Positions 48,267-58,175 of a DNA stretch of 64,000 nucleotides are shown here, piece after piece. Each line of letters begins with the position of its first letter. Positions within the stretch are counted from its first letter, which is position 1. The notes under the pieces are model-generated. The model did not search any database, was not told where the DNA came from, and saw only the letters and a program-made list of their open reading frames with translations. The position numbers and the translations under genes were made by a program. The stretch is from Treponemataceae bacterium (GTDB lineage Bacteria; Spirochaetota; Spirochaetia; Treponematales; Rectinemataceae). The stretch spans positions 160,001 through 224,000 of the forward strand of contig CAXXHO010000003.1 of NCBI GenBank assembly GCA_963667725.2. The letters are read 5' to 3'.

Positions 48267-49997
48267 ATGAGTAAAATCCGTCGTCTGATCATCGTGCTTC
48301 TGGTGTTTGCCGTCTCCTTTGCCTTCCTGTTTCCGACGATACAGTGGTATGCCCTGACGCCGAAGGAAGATCAGGCGACAGCGGTTGGCTCGCGCGAGCA
48401 GATTCGAGATTATTCCCGCAGGATGGCCTACGCTTCCCTCGCGGAAATAAAGAACAAAGCGGCCGCTGGCGACACAACCGATCTTTCCAGGGAATATGAT
48501 GTCGTCGCCCTCGTCGCGAAAAACGCGTATAGAACCACAAAGCGCGCGGTTCCCGCTGAAATGACGGCAGCCAATCTCCTCATGGCCTTTTCCAACGAAA
48601 GGTCCATGTTTGACGCTGTCGAGTCCAAATACAGGGAAAAGGCGCTCAAGCTGAAGGATCTGCACGGCAACGCTGTCCAGCTGGGCCTCGACCTCGCGGG
48701 CGGCATGTCCGTCATCATTCAGACTGACATGGATGCGCTCTCCGAGAAAATGGGACATGAGCTTTCCTCCGCGGAAAAAGAAGACGCCATGCAGCGGGCC
48801 GTCGAAGTGCTCAATAGCCGCATCGACCAATTCGGCCTAACCGAGCCTGTCATCAGGCGCCAGGGCGCTGACCAAATCTACGTCGAAATTCCAGGCACTG
48901 CCGATCCGGAAAGGATCAACTCCATCATCATGGGCAAAGGCAACCTCGGATTCTATATAGTAGACTCCGAAGCCACGTCCGCGCTCAGCTCCTATCTGGC
49001 CAATAATCCTCTCGGCGTCGACGAGAAGACGATGACGGCTTCCGAGCCCGGAATCGTTCCCGAGGGCAAGATAATCCTGAAAGTCTATACGAAAGACAGC
49101 TACGGCCTCGACGAGTTCACCGGTGAATATCTCGTTGCCGAAGGCAAGCCCGGTCTTGATGGAAGCCATGTCCAGAGCGCGACGGTATCCAGCGATCAGA
49201 TCACAGGCCAGCCCGAGACGAACTTCGTTCTCGACAAGGAGGGCGGGGATCTTTTCTACGAATTGACCTCAGCCAATGTCGGGAAGTCCATGGCCGTCGT
49301 CCTGGACAACAGAGTCAAGTCCTACGCCAGAATTCAGGAACCCATCCGCGAATCGGTGCGCATCACCGGCTTCAATTCCGATGAAGCCCAGAATCTCGCG
49401 ACGCTGCTCAGAACCGCCGCTCTCCCCCTTTCCATGACGGTGGAGAACCAGCAGGCGATCGGCGCCTCGCTCGGCGAGGATGCCATATCCCAGGGCAAGA
49501 ACGCCATCCTTGTGGGTCTTCTGGCCGTTTTCGTGTTCATGTTCGCATACTATAAAGGCGCCGGCATCAACGGCACGGTCGCCCAAATCGTCAACCTCTT
49601 CATCATGATCTCAGTGCTTACCGCCTTCAAATTGACCTTGACCCTGCCTTCCATAGCGGGCTTCGTCCTAACGGTGGGAATGGCGGTCGACGCGAACGTC
49701 GTCATATTCGAACGAATTAAGGAAGAGATGCGTGACGGGAAGTCGAGGAAAGCGGCCATAGAAGCCGGATTCCACAAGGCTTTCTGGGCGGTTATGGACT
49801 CTAATATTACGACGATCATAGCCGCGCTTTTCCTCGCCCAGCTGGGATCGGGATCCATTCAGGGTTTCGCGATTTCCCTCGCCATCGGCAACATGACGAG
49901 TCTTTTCACCTCGCTCTTTGTTTCCAAGCTTATCTTTGATTTCGAGACCGATGTTCTTCATAAAAAGAGCGTCTCCATCAGCTGGAGGATCAAGTAA
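48267..49997 (+). CDS. secD: Protein translocase subunit SecD
   Basis: Motifs LGLDLAGG, RIDQFGLTEP, GMAVDANVVIFERIKEE and DSNITT. Confidence 0.97.
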   Translation: MSKIRRLIIVLLVFAVSFAFLFPTIQWYALTPKEDQATAVGSREQIRDYSRRMAYASLAEIKNKAAAGDTTDLSREYDVVALVAKNAYRTTKRAVPAEMTAANLLMAFSNERSMFDAVESKYREKALKLKDLHGNAVQLGLDLAGGMSVIIQTDMDALSEKMGHELSSAEKEDAMQRAVEVLNSRIDQFGLTEPVIRRQGADQIYVEIPGTADPERINSIIMGKGNLGFYIVDSEATSALSSYLANNPLGVDEKTMTASEPGIVPEGKIILKVYTKDSYGLDEFTGEYLVAEGKPGLDGSHVQSATVSSDQITGQPETNFVLDKEGGDLFYELTSANVGKSMAVVLDNRVKSYARIQEPIRESVRITGFNSDEAQNLATLLRTAALPLSMTVENQQAIGASLGEDAISQGKNAILVGLLAVFVFMFAYYKGAGINGTVAQIVNLFIMISVLTAFKLTLTLPSIAGFVLTVGMAVDANVVIFERIKEEMRDGKSRKAAIEAGFHKAFWAVMDSNITTIIAALFLAQLGSGSIQGFAISLAIGNMTSLFTSLFVSKLIFDFETDVLHKKSVSISWRIK

Positions 49998-51257
49998 ATG
50001 AAACGCGTCATCAGGTTCAGCCAATTTTTTAAGCCTGCCTTCATTATTTCAGCGATCCTCATCCTGATTGGGCTTTTCGGGTATGTAACGAAAGGATTCA
50101 ACCTGGGCGTGGACTTCCAGGCCGGCGTCAACCAGACCGTCCAGCTCGCCTACCCGGTGGCGAATGTCAATTATTCCGGCAAGGGCAACGCCGAGCTCCG
50201 CATTTCGGAGAAAGAGATCACGCTCGTGTTTTCTGGCGCTGAAGTTGAGCAGAGGACGGTTCAGCTGGATTACCAGACCTATCCGACCCTCGCTGAAATA
50301 GCCCAAGCCTTGGCGGCGGAGCCTTCCGTGGCGATCGTTCTCGAGCCTGGCCAGGAAAACGCGGCATCCGCGCTGCTTGTCCCCACCTATCAGGGCAATA
50401 CGCTCATAAGCCAGAAGCCCATGACGCTTCATAGGGCCCCCTCCAGCGATTCCGAGCTTTTCGCTTCGATAGACGATGTGCGAAGCTCAATCACCGGTTT
50501 CGGCGAAATCTCCGTACAGACCGTGAAGCCCGCGTCCAACCAGCGCTATCTGATCCGCGTTCAGGACAACGGCACCGATCCCAATTTTACCGCTTCGGCA
50601 CGCAACGCAATCCTTACCGGCCTCGAAGCGAAATTCGGCGAGAACAGGGTCGTAGAGCTCAAGACGGATTTCGTCGGCGCCAGGTTTTCCGAAAACCTTT
50701 CCAAAACATCCCTTTTCCTCGTCATCGCGACGCTAGCCCTCATTCTCGTGTACTCCACCATTCGCTTTAAAATCGATTTCGCCCTGGGCGCCGTTCTGGC
50801 CATCGCTCACGACGCGCTCATCATGGTGGGATTCATAGTCTGGACGCGTATGGAATTCAACTCGACGACGATAGCGGCCATTCTCACCATCCTTGGATAC
50901 TCCATCAACGACACGATCGTTCAGTTCGACCGCGTGCGTGAGGAAAGAAAACTAAGGCCAAATGACAAGTTCGTGGATGTCATCGATTCGGCGCTTACGG
51001 TAACGCTTGGAAGGACGATCATCACCACGTCGACCACCATGCTCACCGTTCTGGCCCTGTTCTTTTTCACGACCGGTAGCATGAAGGATTTTGCCCTCGC
51101 GCTCTTCGTGGGCATGATTTCGGGAACCTATTCAACGATCTTTATCGCCAGCGGTTTCATCGACTGGTGGAATAGGCGATCCCTCAAAAAGGGCAGAGGA
51201 AAGAAGGCTGAAAAGGCCGCTCCGTCCTCGAACGCCGCGGCCGAAAATCAGGCCTGA
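49998..51257 (+). CDS. secF: Protein translocase subunit SecF
   Basis: Motifs LGVDFQAG, AIAHD, GYSINDTIV.FDRVRE and GTYSTIFIA. Confidence 0.97.
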   Translation: MKRVIRFSQFFKPAFIISAILILIGLFGYVTKGFNLGVDFQAGVNQTVQLAYPVANVNYSGKGNAELRISEKEITLVFSGAEVEQRTVQLDYQTYPTLAEIAQALAAEPSVAIVLEPGQENAASALLVPTYQGNTLISQKPMTLHRAPSSDSELFASIDDVRSSITGFGEISVQTVKPASNQRYLIRVQDNGTDPNFTASARNAILTGLEAKFGENRVVELKTDFVGARFSENLSKTSLFLVIATLALILVYSTIRFKIDFALGAVLAIAHDALIMVGFIVWTRMEFNSTTIAAILTILGYSINDTIVQFDRVREERKLRPNDKFVDVIDSALTVTLGRTIITTSTTMLTVLALFFFTTGSMKDFALALFVGMISGTYSTIFIASGFIDWWNRRSLKKGRGKKAEKAAPSSNAAAENQA

Positions 51258-51280
51258 GTTTGCTTCTTTGCCTGAAAAAG

Positions 51281-51320
51281 AGTGCCGGGAAGCGAAGCCG
51301 AGGCTTCTTTTCCGGCACTT
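51281..51320 (+). terminator. Hairpin downstream of secF
   Basis: AGTGCCGG pairs with CCGGCACT around an inner GAAGCC/GGCTTC stem. Confidence 0.5.
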
Positions 51321-51379
51321 CCATTAACAGGCGGCACTTTACATAAATGGGGTGGATAGGTTATATTTTCACCCGCATC

Positions 51380-51451
51380 GGCGCCGTACCCAAGTGGTAA
51401 GGGGGAGGTCTGCAAAACCTTTATGCATCGGTTCAATTCCGATCGGCGCCT
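51380..51451 (+). tRNA. tRNA-Cys (GCA), CCA not encoded
   Basis: Acceptor stem GGCGCCG/CGGCGCC, D loop AAGTGGTAA, anticodon loop CTGCAAA, T loop GGTTCAATTCC and U discriminator. Confidence 0.95.
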
Positions 51452-51463
51452 CAATCGACATCG

Positions 51464-51496
51464 GCCATCGGCGCGGAAGCTCCGATGGCTTTTTTT
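51464..51496 (+). terminator. Rho-independent terminator after tRNA-Cys
   Basis: GCCATCGG...CCGATGGC stem followed by a run of 7 T. Confidence 0.8.
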
Positions 51497-51561
51497 ACGT
51501 TATGCGCCTGAACCTGTTTATTGACGCCGGGGAATCTTCATTCTAAAGTATAGACTCGTTA

Positions 51562-53319
51562 GTGAGGCAATATAGCGTGAGCGGGCATAAGGTAGAAGGT
51601 GGCGGAATAGGCTGGACTGCGCGGAAAGCTTTACCCCTGCCGCTTTTATTCACAGCCATCGTGATAGTCTCCTTCTTGGCCTTTTCCGGCAATATTGGCA
51701 AGAAGGAAAGGGTTCTCTGCGACGCCGTGGCCTTTCACTCGTCAGAGGAAATTACCGCCCTGATCAACCGGCTTCTGGAAGATGGAGCCGTCCTGAAAGA
51801 AGGGCTGGAAGAGAAAGCTTCGATGGGGAAGATCGAGCTGGAAGCGATTTCCTCCTCGATCCTTAATTCTCATACTTATATCAGCGGCGTCAGCATAGCC
51901 CCCTCGGCGGTGGTAAAATACCACTTTCCGGAACCGGGCAATGAGTCCCTCATCGGCCATGACCTTCTCTCCAACCCTGACAGGAGGGATGCGCTTACGC
52001 GTTCGGTTGAGCTCAAGGCTCCTGTCGTGTCCGGACCTTTTGAATCCGTGGAAGGCGGCATTGTGTTTTTCCTTCGCTATCCGATTTTTTCCATCGGAAA
52101 ACTCTGGGGTTTTACGAGCGTTACGGTGGATTTCGGCGCGATGATTGAATCGCTCGAGATGGAAAAGCATTATCCCGGTTTTGCTTTCGCTTTTTCTGGC
52201 GAGAGTGGAGGGGCGATTCCGCTCGCTTCTTCGGAAGCGAATGATAACCTGAGACAGGCCGGACAGTTTCTGGCGGGAAGGAAGAACGCCTTTAGCGGCG
52301 GCATATCCAGCGCGATTGCCCTGCCTGGAGCGAACTGGCGAATTCATGTAATGCCCTTGGCCGGCTGGACCGCGGCCGACCCTTTCCTCTATGTCATGCT
52401 TCTCGCCGGATTGACGGGAGCCGCCCTGCTTTTCATAATATTCTATCTGAAGTCGTTAAGCGCGCGCCGGGAGGAACGCCTCCCCGCTTTTGAAGTCGCG
52501 GCGCGCGAAGCTAGGGAAATGGAAGCCAGGGAAGGGGCGGCCAGGGATGCGATGGCCGAGGATGCGACGGCTGGGGCGGTCGCCCCCTCCGCGATGTCGG
52601 GTCCGCGAAATATCCCGGAAAATACAACCTGGCGAGCGAGCCCTCCAGAAAAAACAGCCCCGCGGGCGAGCCCCGCGGTTAAGACGACTACGACCATCAC
52701 TATCCCGAGGAGAAACGGTCAGGAAGTGAAGTTCCTGGGGCCCGACGTAAAAGGTCAACTCTATATGCCCGACGTCCTCATCACGGAAGAGCCATCCTTG
52801 TTCCAAGCCAAGATGGACGAAAGGCTGCCGGAAAAAAAGCCGCCGGAAGAAAAGCCGCGGCTTGAGATGCCGACTATTCAAAGAGCGCCGAAAAAGGAAA
52901 AGGCTCCGGAGCAGCGCCGCCAGGAATTTCTTTTTTCATTGGAGGAGGAGCCGGTCAGAAAGGAAATGGCCATCCTCGTCGTGGACGACAGCGAAGCGAA
53001 TCGCGACATCATGGGAAGGATGCTTTCCCTTCGCGGATACGCGGCGGATTTCGCGGCTTCGGGCGAAGATGCCCTTCCGCTTTGCGCCGCCAGGGCCTAT
53101 GACATCATTTTCATGGACTGCTTCATGCCGGGCATGGATGGCTACAAGACGAGCTTAGCCCTGCGCGAGAAGCATCCGGGCATGAAAGCCAGGATAGTCG
53201 GAATGAGCGCGAGAATCGGGGACAAGGAACTCGAGCGCTGCCGGCTTTCGGGAATGGATGCGCTCCTCGCCAAGCCTTTTACGCTTAGGGATCTGCTCGC
53301 TCATATGGAAAAGAGCTGA
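51562..53319 (+). CDS. CHASE-domain membrane protein with C-terminal receiver domain and no kinase core
   Basis: TM, CHASE-like periplasmic domain (LIGHDLL, VSGPFESVEGG, WGF), TM, low-complexity linker, then REC (VVDDS, FMDCFMPGMDG, LAKPF). Start is uncertain. Confidence 0.8.
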   Translation: MRQYSVSGHKVEGGGIGWTARKALPLPLLFTAIVIVSFLAFSGNIGKKERVLCDAVAFHSSEEITALINRLLEDGAVLKEGLEEKASMGKIELEAISSSILNSHTYISGVSIAPSAVVKYHFPEPGNESLIGHDLLSNPDRRDALTRSVELKAPVVSGPFESVEGGIVFFLRYPIFSIGKLWGFTSVTVDFGAMIESLEMEKHYPGFAFAFSGESGGAIPLASSEANDNLRQAGQFLAGRKNAFSGGISSAIALPGANWRIHVMPLAGWTAADPFLYVMLLAGLTGAALLFIIFYLKSLSARREERLPAFEVAAREAREMEAREGAARDAMAEDATAGAVAPSAMSGPRNIPENTTWRASPPEKTAPRASPAVKTTTTITIPRRNGQEVKFLGPDVKGQLYMPDVLITEEPSLFQAKMDERLPEKKPPEEKPRLEMPTIQRAPKKEKAPEQRRQEFLFSLEEEPVRKEMAILVVDDSEANRDIMGRMLSLRGYAADFAASGEDALPLCAARAYDIIFMDCFMPGMDGYKTSLALREKHPGMKARIVGMSARIGDKELERCRLSGMDALLAKPFTLRDLLAHMEKS

Positions 53320-53356
53320 GGGCCTTTTCCCTGGAATCAAAAATGCTTATCCTAGA

Positions 53357-53995
53357 ATGATGTCAGTTGCCTCAATCGTCAGAAAACCCTTCCGCTACTC
53401 ATATTTCAACGCGACGCTTTACATCATCGCGGCCAACATCCTGTTTTTCGCGGCGAGCTATATATATCCCACGCTCAAGGCGTATATGGCGCTGAATCCG
53501 ATCGCCGTCCTTTCAGGCTATCTATGGCAGCCTGTAAGCTATATGTTCGCCCATGCCGATCTCACTCATCTTTTCGTCAACATGCTCGGACTTTTTTTCT
53601 TCGGGACGCAGGTGGAACGAAGCATGGGCAGCAAGGAATTCCTGCTCTTCTATTTTTTGACCGGCACGCTGGCGGGGCTGGCTTCTTTCGGCATCTATGT
53701 CGTGACGGGGGCTTGGTACACGAGCCTTCTGGGCGCTTCAGGCGCCCTGTTCGCCGTGCTCCTCGCGTTCGCGATAGTCAACCCGGAAGCGCAGATTTAT
53801 CTCTACGGACTCATCCCGATACGGGCGCCCATAATGGTCATCGGCTACGCCGGCATAGAAGTGGCGTCCCAGCTTTTCAGCTTCAGGAGCTCAGTGGCCC
53901 ACCTCACTCATCTCGCGGGATTTCTGTGGGCTTGGTTCTATTTTCTGGCTCGTTTCGGCATCAACCCGGCTAAACGACTGTTCAGGCGTCGATAG
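53357..53995 (+). CDS. Rhomboid family intramembrane serine protease
   Basis: Motifs WQPVSYMFAH, HLFVNM, GASG and AHLTHLAG. Start is 53357 or 53360. Confidence 0.92.
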   Translation: MMSVASIVRKPFRYSYFNATLYIIAANILFFAASYIYPTLKAYMALNPIAVLSGYLWQPVSYMFAHADLTHLFVNMLGLFFFGTQVERSMGSKEFLLFYFLTGTLAGLASFGIYVVTGAWYTSLLGASGALFAVLLAFAIVNPEAQIYLYGLIPIRAPIMVIGYAGIEVASQLFSFRSSVAHLTHLAGFLWAWFYFLARFGINPAKRLFRRR

Positions 53996-54011
53996 GCTGG
54001 CCTGACTTGAG

Positions 54012-54902
54012 TTACTTGAGGCGTTTTTTCTCGGTGGCCACATGCATGATTTCAAGATCTTCCATAAGGTGATCCACGAGTTCCTGTTTCTTGTCATCCC
54101 TGAAATGGTGCTCATTCTTTACATGGGCCATGAGATCTTCGCTTTTCTGGACGGCTCCGACCGTATAGACGACCTTGTCGGTATGAAGCATGTCGTCTTC
54201 CATTTCGCCTGATGGGTTTATCCTTAGAATATTCCCGTTGACCGCGATGAGGCAAAAATTCTCGAATCCCTTGATGTACGAGGCGATTTCCCTCACGCCG
54301 CGCTTCGAACTCTGGTCCCATGGGCGATACCTGGTGCCCGCGGGGAATACGAGCACGAGTTTGCCTTGAACTTTTTCCACGTTGAGGGCTTTTACCGCCG
54401 CGCGGTTTATCGATACGCTCCGCATGATTTCCCGATACAGTTTGTTGGGATCCTTGAAATGATTCTTGAGGATCTCTATGGAACGGCTGGGGTAGATGAC
54501 GATGCGGGTATAGGCCTGCGCGAAGGCGTTCACGACCGGATTGGATTCGCTGAGCTTTATGCCCGCTATCGAAACGAGGGCTGTCGCCATGGATTGGCCG
54601 AGCTCTCCCGATTTTCGAAGAAGAAAGTGAAAGGCGGGCAAGTCGAAATTGGAGTAATGCTCCAGAAGAAGAAGACAGGATTCGCCTTTCTTGGCTCTTT
54701 CAAAGAGCAGCTCGAGGTTCGCGAAACCTTCGATGCCTGAACCGGGGAGAAGATGATCTTCGAGAATCTGGTCTATGAAGGGGAGCAGTTCAGTACTGCC
54801 TTCCTGGTACACATCTTTATCGGAAACCTGCTTCTGCTCGCTTATTTTAGTCATCATGCGAGTCAGAAGAGGCAAATATCGGTCTCGGATCGAATCCATC
54901 AC
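54012..54902 (-). CDS. Glycerol-3-phosphate/lysophospholipid acyltransferase (plastid GPAT-like)
   Basis: HxxxxD motif (EHYSNFD), IAGIKL and FPAGTRYRP. Confidence 0.8.
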   Translation of the reverse strand: MMDSIRDRYLPLLTRMMTKISEQKQVSDKDVYQEGSTELLPFIDQILEDHLLPGSGIEGFANLELLFERAKKGESCLLLLEHYSNFDLPAFHFLLRKSGELGQSMATALVSIAGIKLSESNPVVNAFAQAYTRIVIYPSRSIEILKNHFKDPNKLYREIMRSVSINRAAVKALNVEKVQGKLVLVFPAGTRYRPWDQSSKRGVREIASYIKGFENFCLIAVNGNILRINPSGEMEDDMLHTDKVVYTVGAVQKSEDLMAHVKNEHHFRDDKKQELVDHLMEDLEIMHVATEKKRLK

Positions 54903-54941
54903 GGCTCCAGTCGATAGCTACTAAGTGCTTACTGAATATTA

Positions 54942-54970
54942 ACTATATGTATGAAAACCTTCGTTGTCAA
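54942..54970 (-). promoter_or_regulatory. Near-consensus sigma70 promoter for the acyltransferase
   Basis: TTGACA-N17-TATAGT on the minus strand. Confidence 0.75.
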
Positions 54971-55123
54971 TTTGGGGCACAGTATCGGAAAGATGGAATT
55001 TCGCGACACCCCGGCCTTTATCCGCAAGCTTCGATGCCTAGACTCTGGTTTGAGGCATGAACCTATCCTATAGTTGAATTCAGCGGTACACGAAGGCTTT
55101 CGCATCATGCTTGGAGAAAAACG

Positions 55124-57025
55124 ATGAAAGAACATCTGAAAGATGCGCTTCGCATCTCAGGCATTTACGCCTTGGTGGGTTCGATTTGGATTCTGCTTTC
55201 CGATGAACTCTTGCTCGTATTCGCGAAGAACCAAGAGACCATGAAAAACATCGCGATGTTTAAAGGTTGGGCTTATGTCTCCCTGACGTCTTTTCTGCTG
55301 TTTATGCTTCTAAAGAGAAAGCTGGCCATGCTCAATGTCGCCAGAGACAAAGCGATTGAAGCCGGCGAAAGGGTTACCGAGCAGATGCATTCGCTTTCCT
55401 CGCTTTTCGATACGGCGCAGATGCTCGCTGAAAAAACCGATATCAAGGCACGCGCGGACAATGTCGTCCAAGTCTGCGTTGATCGTTTAGGCGTCGCGTT
55501 CGCCTGGATCGGAAAAGCGGGAAAGGACGGTGGAGTCGAACTGCTGGGCCAATGTCCCGCTGACAGTCGCTATGCCAGGTTTATATCGCTATGCTGGGAC
55601 AATAATCTGGAAGGCGGAAGCCTGGCCGATAGGGCGCTTGGAAATTGTGCCCCGATCATCTTCAACAATCCTCAGCAAGGCCCATCCAATAAGGACTGGC
55701 AGGATCAGATTCATGTATTGGGTTTTGAGTCCCTAGCTGTCCTGCCCCTTGTCGCCAAGGGCAATACTTTCGGCGTTCTTGCCCTCTGCAGCGAAAAGCG
55801 TTCATTCTTTCAGGAAGACCGCGTGCGTCTTTTCAACGCTCTCGCGAACCTGGCCGCCACCAATCTTGAAAACGCTCGTCTCCTTGAGGAAACCCAGCGC
55901 AGGCTCGAGCATATCCAGGTGCTGCACCGCATAGATCTGGCGATCAGCGGAAGCGGGAAGGAGAAGGGAGCCTTCGATGTCGCGCTCGACGCGATAGTAA
56001 GCCAGCTGAAAGTCGACGCCGTGGCCATCCTAGGCTATAAGGCCTCTGAGCGCCGCCTTGAATTCGCCGCGGGCAGAGGTTTCTCACCCGGTGTCATAGA
56101 GTCGATGATCGGCGAGGATGTGGATATCCTGCCCAGGACCGCCATCAGGGAGGAGAGGATTGTGCATATTCCTTGCCTCGCCAAACTGGAAAGCGGCGAC
56201 AGATTGAATGTCTTCATCAAGGAAGGGTTTGTCGCCTACTACGCCATTCCCTTGTCGGCGAAGGGGCGGGTGCTGGGCGTCCTTGAGTTGTACAGCAGGA
56301 CAGCCTTCAATGATGACGAGGAATGGAAAGAATTCCTCGAAACGCTGGCTGTCCAGACAACCTTGGCTTTTGACAATCTGGAGATGCTGAGAACTCTGGA
56401 AAAATCGAACGCAGAGCTTATTCAAGCATACGACGCCACGATCGAGGCCCTCTCTTTCGCCCTCGACCTCAAGGATAGCGAAACGAAATGGCACAGCAAA
56501 AGGGTTTCCGACCTGACAATGCTCATGGCTAGAACCCTGGGGCTGGAAGGAGAGCGCCTTGTGCAAATTCGCAGGGGCGCGCTGCTTCACGATATCGGGA
56601 AAATGGGCATCCCCGATAGCGTTCTGCTCAAGCCTGGCGCCCTCGACGACGATGAGATGGCGATAATGAGGAAGCATCCTGTCTATGCCTTTCAGATGCT
56701 CTCGCGTATAGACTATTTGCGGCCCTCTCTCGACATTCCCTACGCGCACCACGAAAAATGGGACGGATCCGGTTATCCTCGGGGCCTAAAGGGCGCCGAG
56801 ATTCCCCTGGCAGCGCGCATATTCGCCATAGTCGACGTATACGACGCGTTGACGAGCAATAGGCCATACCGAAAAGCGTGGACAAAGGAGAAAGCCCTGG
56901 CCGAGCTGACATCGTTGAGCGGCAAGCACTTCGATCCGGCTATAGTGGAAGCTTTCTTCGCTCTCCACGCGGCGGACCCGCAAGCATTCGATCTTTTCGG
57001 CAACGGGAACGGGTCCATCGATTGA
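55124..57025 (+). CDS. Membrane-anchored GAF-GAF-HD-GYP phosphodiesterase
   Basis: Two TM segments, two GAF-like regions, and motifs LLHDIGK, HHEKWDGSGYP and DALTSNRPYRK. Confidence 0.9.
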   Translation: MKEHLKDALRISGIYALVGSIWILLSDELLLVFAKNQETMKNIAMFKGWAYVSLTSFLLFMLLKRKLAMLNVARDKAIEAGERVTEQMHSLSSLFDTAQMLAEKTDIKARADNVVQVCVDRLGVAFAWIGKAGKDGGVELLGQCPADSRYARFISLCWDNNLEGGSLADRALGNCAPIIFNNPQQGPSNKDWQDQIHVLGFESLAVLPLVAKGNTFGVLALCSEKRSFFQEDRVRLFNALANLAATNLENARLLEETQRRLEHIQVLHRIDLAISGSGKEKGAFDVALDAIVSQLKVDAVAILGYKASERRLEFAAGRGFSPGVIESMIGEDVDILPRTAIREERIVHIPCLAKLESGDRLNVFIKEGFVAYYAIPLSAKGRVLGVLELYSRTAFNDDEEWKEFLETLAVQTTLAFDNLEMLRTLEKSNAELIQAYDATIEALSFALDLKDSETKWHSKRVSDLTMLMARTLGLEGERLVQIRRGALLHDIGKMGIPDSVLLKPGALDDDEMAIMRKHPVYAFQMLSRIDYLRPSLDIPYAHHEKWDGSGYPRGLKGAEIPLAARIFAIVDVYDALTSNRPYRKAWTKEKALAELTSLSGKHFDPAIVEAFFALHAADPQAFDLFGNGNGSID

Positions 57026-57052
57026 AGCCGATAAAACGCGTGGCACGAGGAT

Positions 57053-57094
57053 AAAAAAAGGGAGCGGAAGTCGCCTGACTTCCGCTCCCTTTTA
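57053..57094. terminator. Bidirectional intrinsic terminator
   Basis: AAAAGGGAGCGGAAGTC-GCCT-GACTTCCGCTCCCTTTT lies between convergent genes. Confidence 0.9.
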
Positions 57095-57123
57095 TCGATA
57101 TCACGTGGCGGCTTTTGCCCTCT

Positions 57124-58146
57124 TTACAGAACCTTGGGCTCGAGCCCATTGGCGGCCAGGGTTTCGGCGATCTGGACGGCGTTGAGGGCGGCGCCCTTCC
57201 TGAGGTTGTCCGACACCACCCAGAGGTTGAGCCCGTTGGGCACCGTCAGGTCCCTGCGGATCCTGCCGATGAAGACCTCATCCCGGCCTTCGCAGTCCAG
57301 GGCCGTAGGATACACCAGGTTCGCCGGATCGTCCATCACGAGCACCCCGGGCGCCTTCTTCAAAAGCGCCACCACCTCGGCCAGCTCGAAAGGCTTCTCC
57401 GTCTCGATGTTGATCGACTCCGAATGCCCTCTCGTCACCCCGATCCGCACCGCCGTCGGACTCACCAGAATGTTCGGGTCCAGCATCTTGTGCGTCTCGT
57501 GCACCATCTTCATCTCTTCTTTCGTGTAGCCGTTGTCCAGGAACACGTCGATGTGCGGCAGGGCGTTGAAGAGTATCTGTCTCGGATAGACCGCCACCGT
57601 GAGGGGCTTGCCCTCGGTGAATTCCTTCGCTTGGTTCCGCAGCTCGGCTATGGCCGCCGCTCCCGTGCCCGAAACCGCCTGATAGGTCGCGACGACGATC
57701 CGCTTGATCTTGTAGGCATCGTGGATGGGCTTGGCCGCCACGAGCATCTGGATGGTCGAGCAGTTGGGGTTGGCGATGATGCCTTTGTGCCAGGCAAGGT
57801 CCTGGGGATTGACTTCGGGGATGACGAGGGGGACCTTGGGGTCCATGCGCCACTGGCTGGAGTTGTCGATGACGATGGCGCCTTCAGAGGCCGCCGCCGG
57901 AGCGAGGATTTCGCTGGCTTCGGCGCCCGCAGAGAAGAGGGCGATGTCGACATCGCCGAAGGCGCCCGGCTTGGCCGCCCTCACCGTCTTTTCCACGCCC
58001 TTGAAGGTCACTTTCTTTCCGGCCATGGCCTCGACGTCCATGGGGATGATCTCCGAGACCGGAAAGTCCCTCTGCTCGAGGGTTTTCAGCATTTCCGTGC
58101 CCACGGCGCCCAGGGCGCCCACCACCGCGACTCTATACTGTTTCAT
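57124..58146 (-). CDS. asd: Aspartate-semialdehyde dehydrogenase
   Basis: Motifs VVGALGAVG, IDNSS.WRM, IANPNCST, YQAVSG.G and SDNLRKGAALNAVQIAE. Confidence 0.96.
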   Translation of the reverse strand: MKQYRVAVVGALGAVGTEMLKTLEQRDFPVSEIIPMDVEAMAGKKVTFKGVEKTVRAAKPGAFGDVDIALFSAGAEASEILAPAAASEGAIVIDNSSQWRMDPKVPLVIPEVNPQDLAWHKGIIANPNCSTIQMLVAAKPIHDAYKIKRIVVATYQAVSGTGAAAIAELRNQAKEFTEGKPLTVAVYPRQILFNALPHIDVFLDNGYTKEEMKMVHETHKMLDPNILVSPTAVRIGVTRGHSESINIETEKPFELAEVVALLKKAPGVLVMDDPANLVYPTALDCEGRDEVFIGRIRRDLTVPNGLNLWVVSDNLRKGAALNAVQIAETLAANGLEPKVL

Positions 58147-58175
58147 GATAGTTTTTTCTCCTTCATCCATTGCTT

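Noticed and set aside
51380..51560. tRNA-Cys as the integration site of a genomic island
   Set aside because: No integrase is present and I saw no duplicated tRNA 3' end; the downstream genes look chromosomal.
54974..55045. Possible c-di-GMP-I (GEMM) riboswitch upstream of the GAF-HD-GYP gene (GGCACA...GGAAA...CGC...CCGGCCT)
   Set aside because: The conserved CGCAAAG core reads CGCGACA, the P2 stem is short, and I could not build a P3 or tetraloop receptor. An Infernal search against the Rfam model would settle it.
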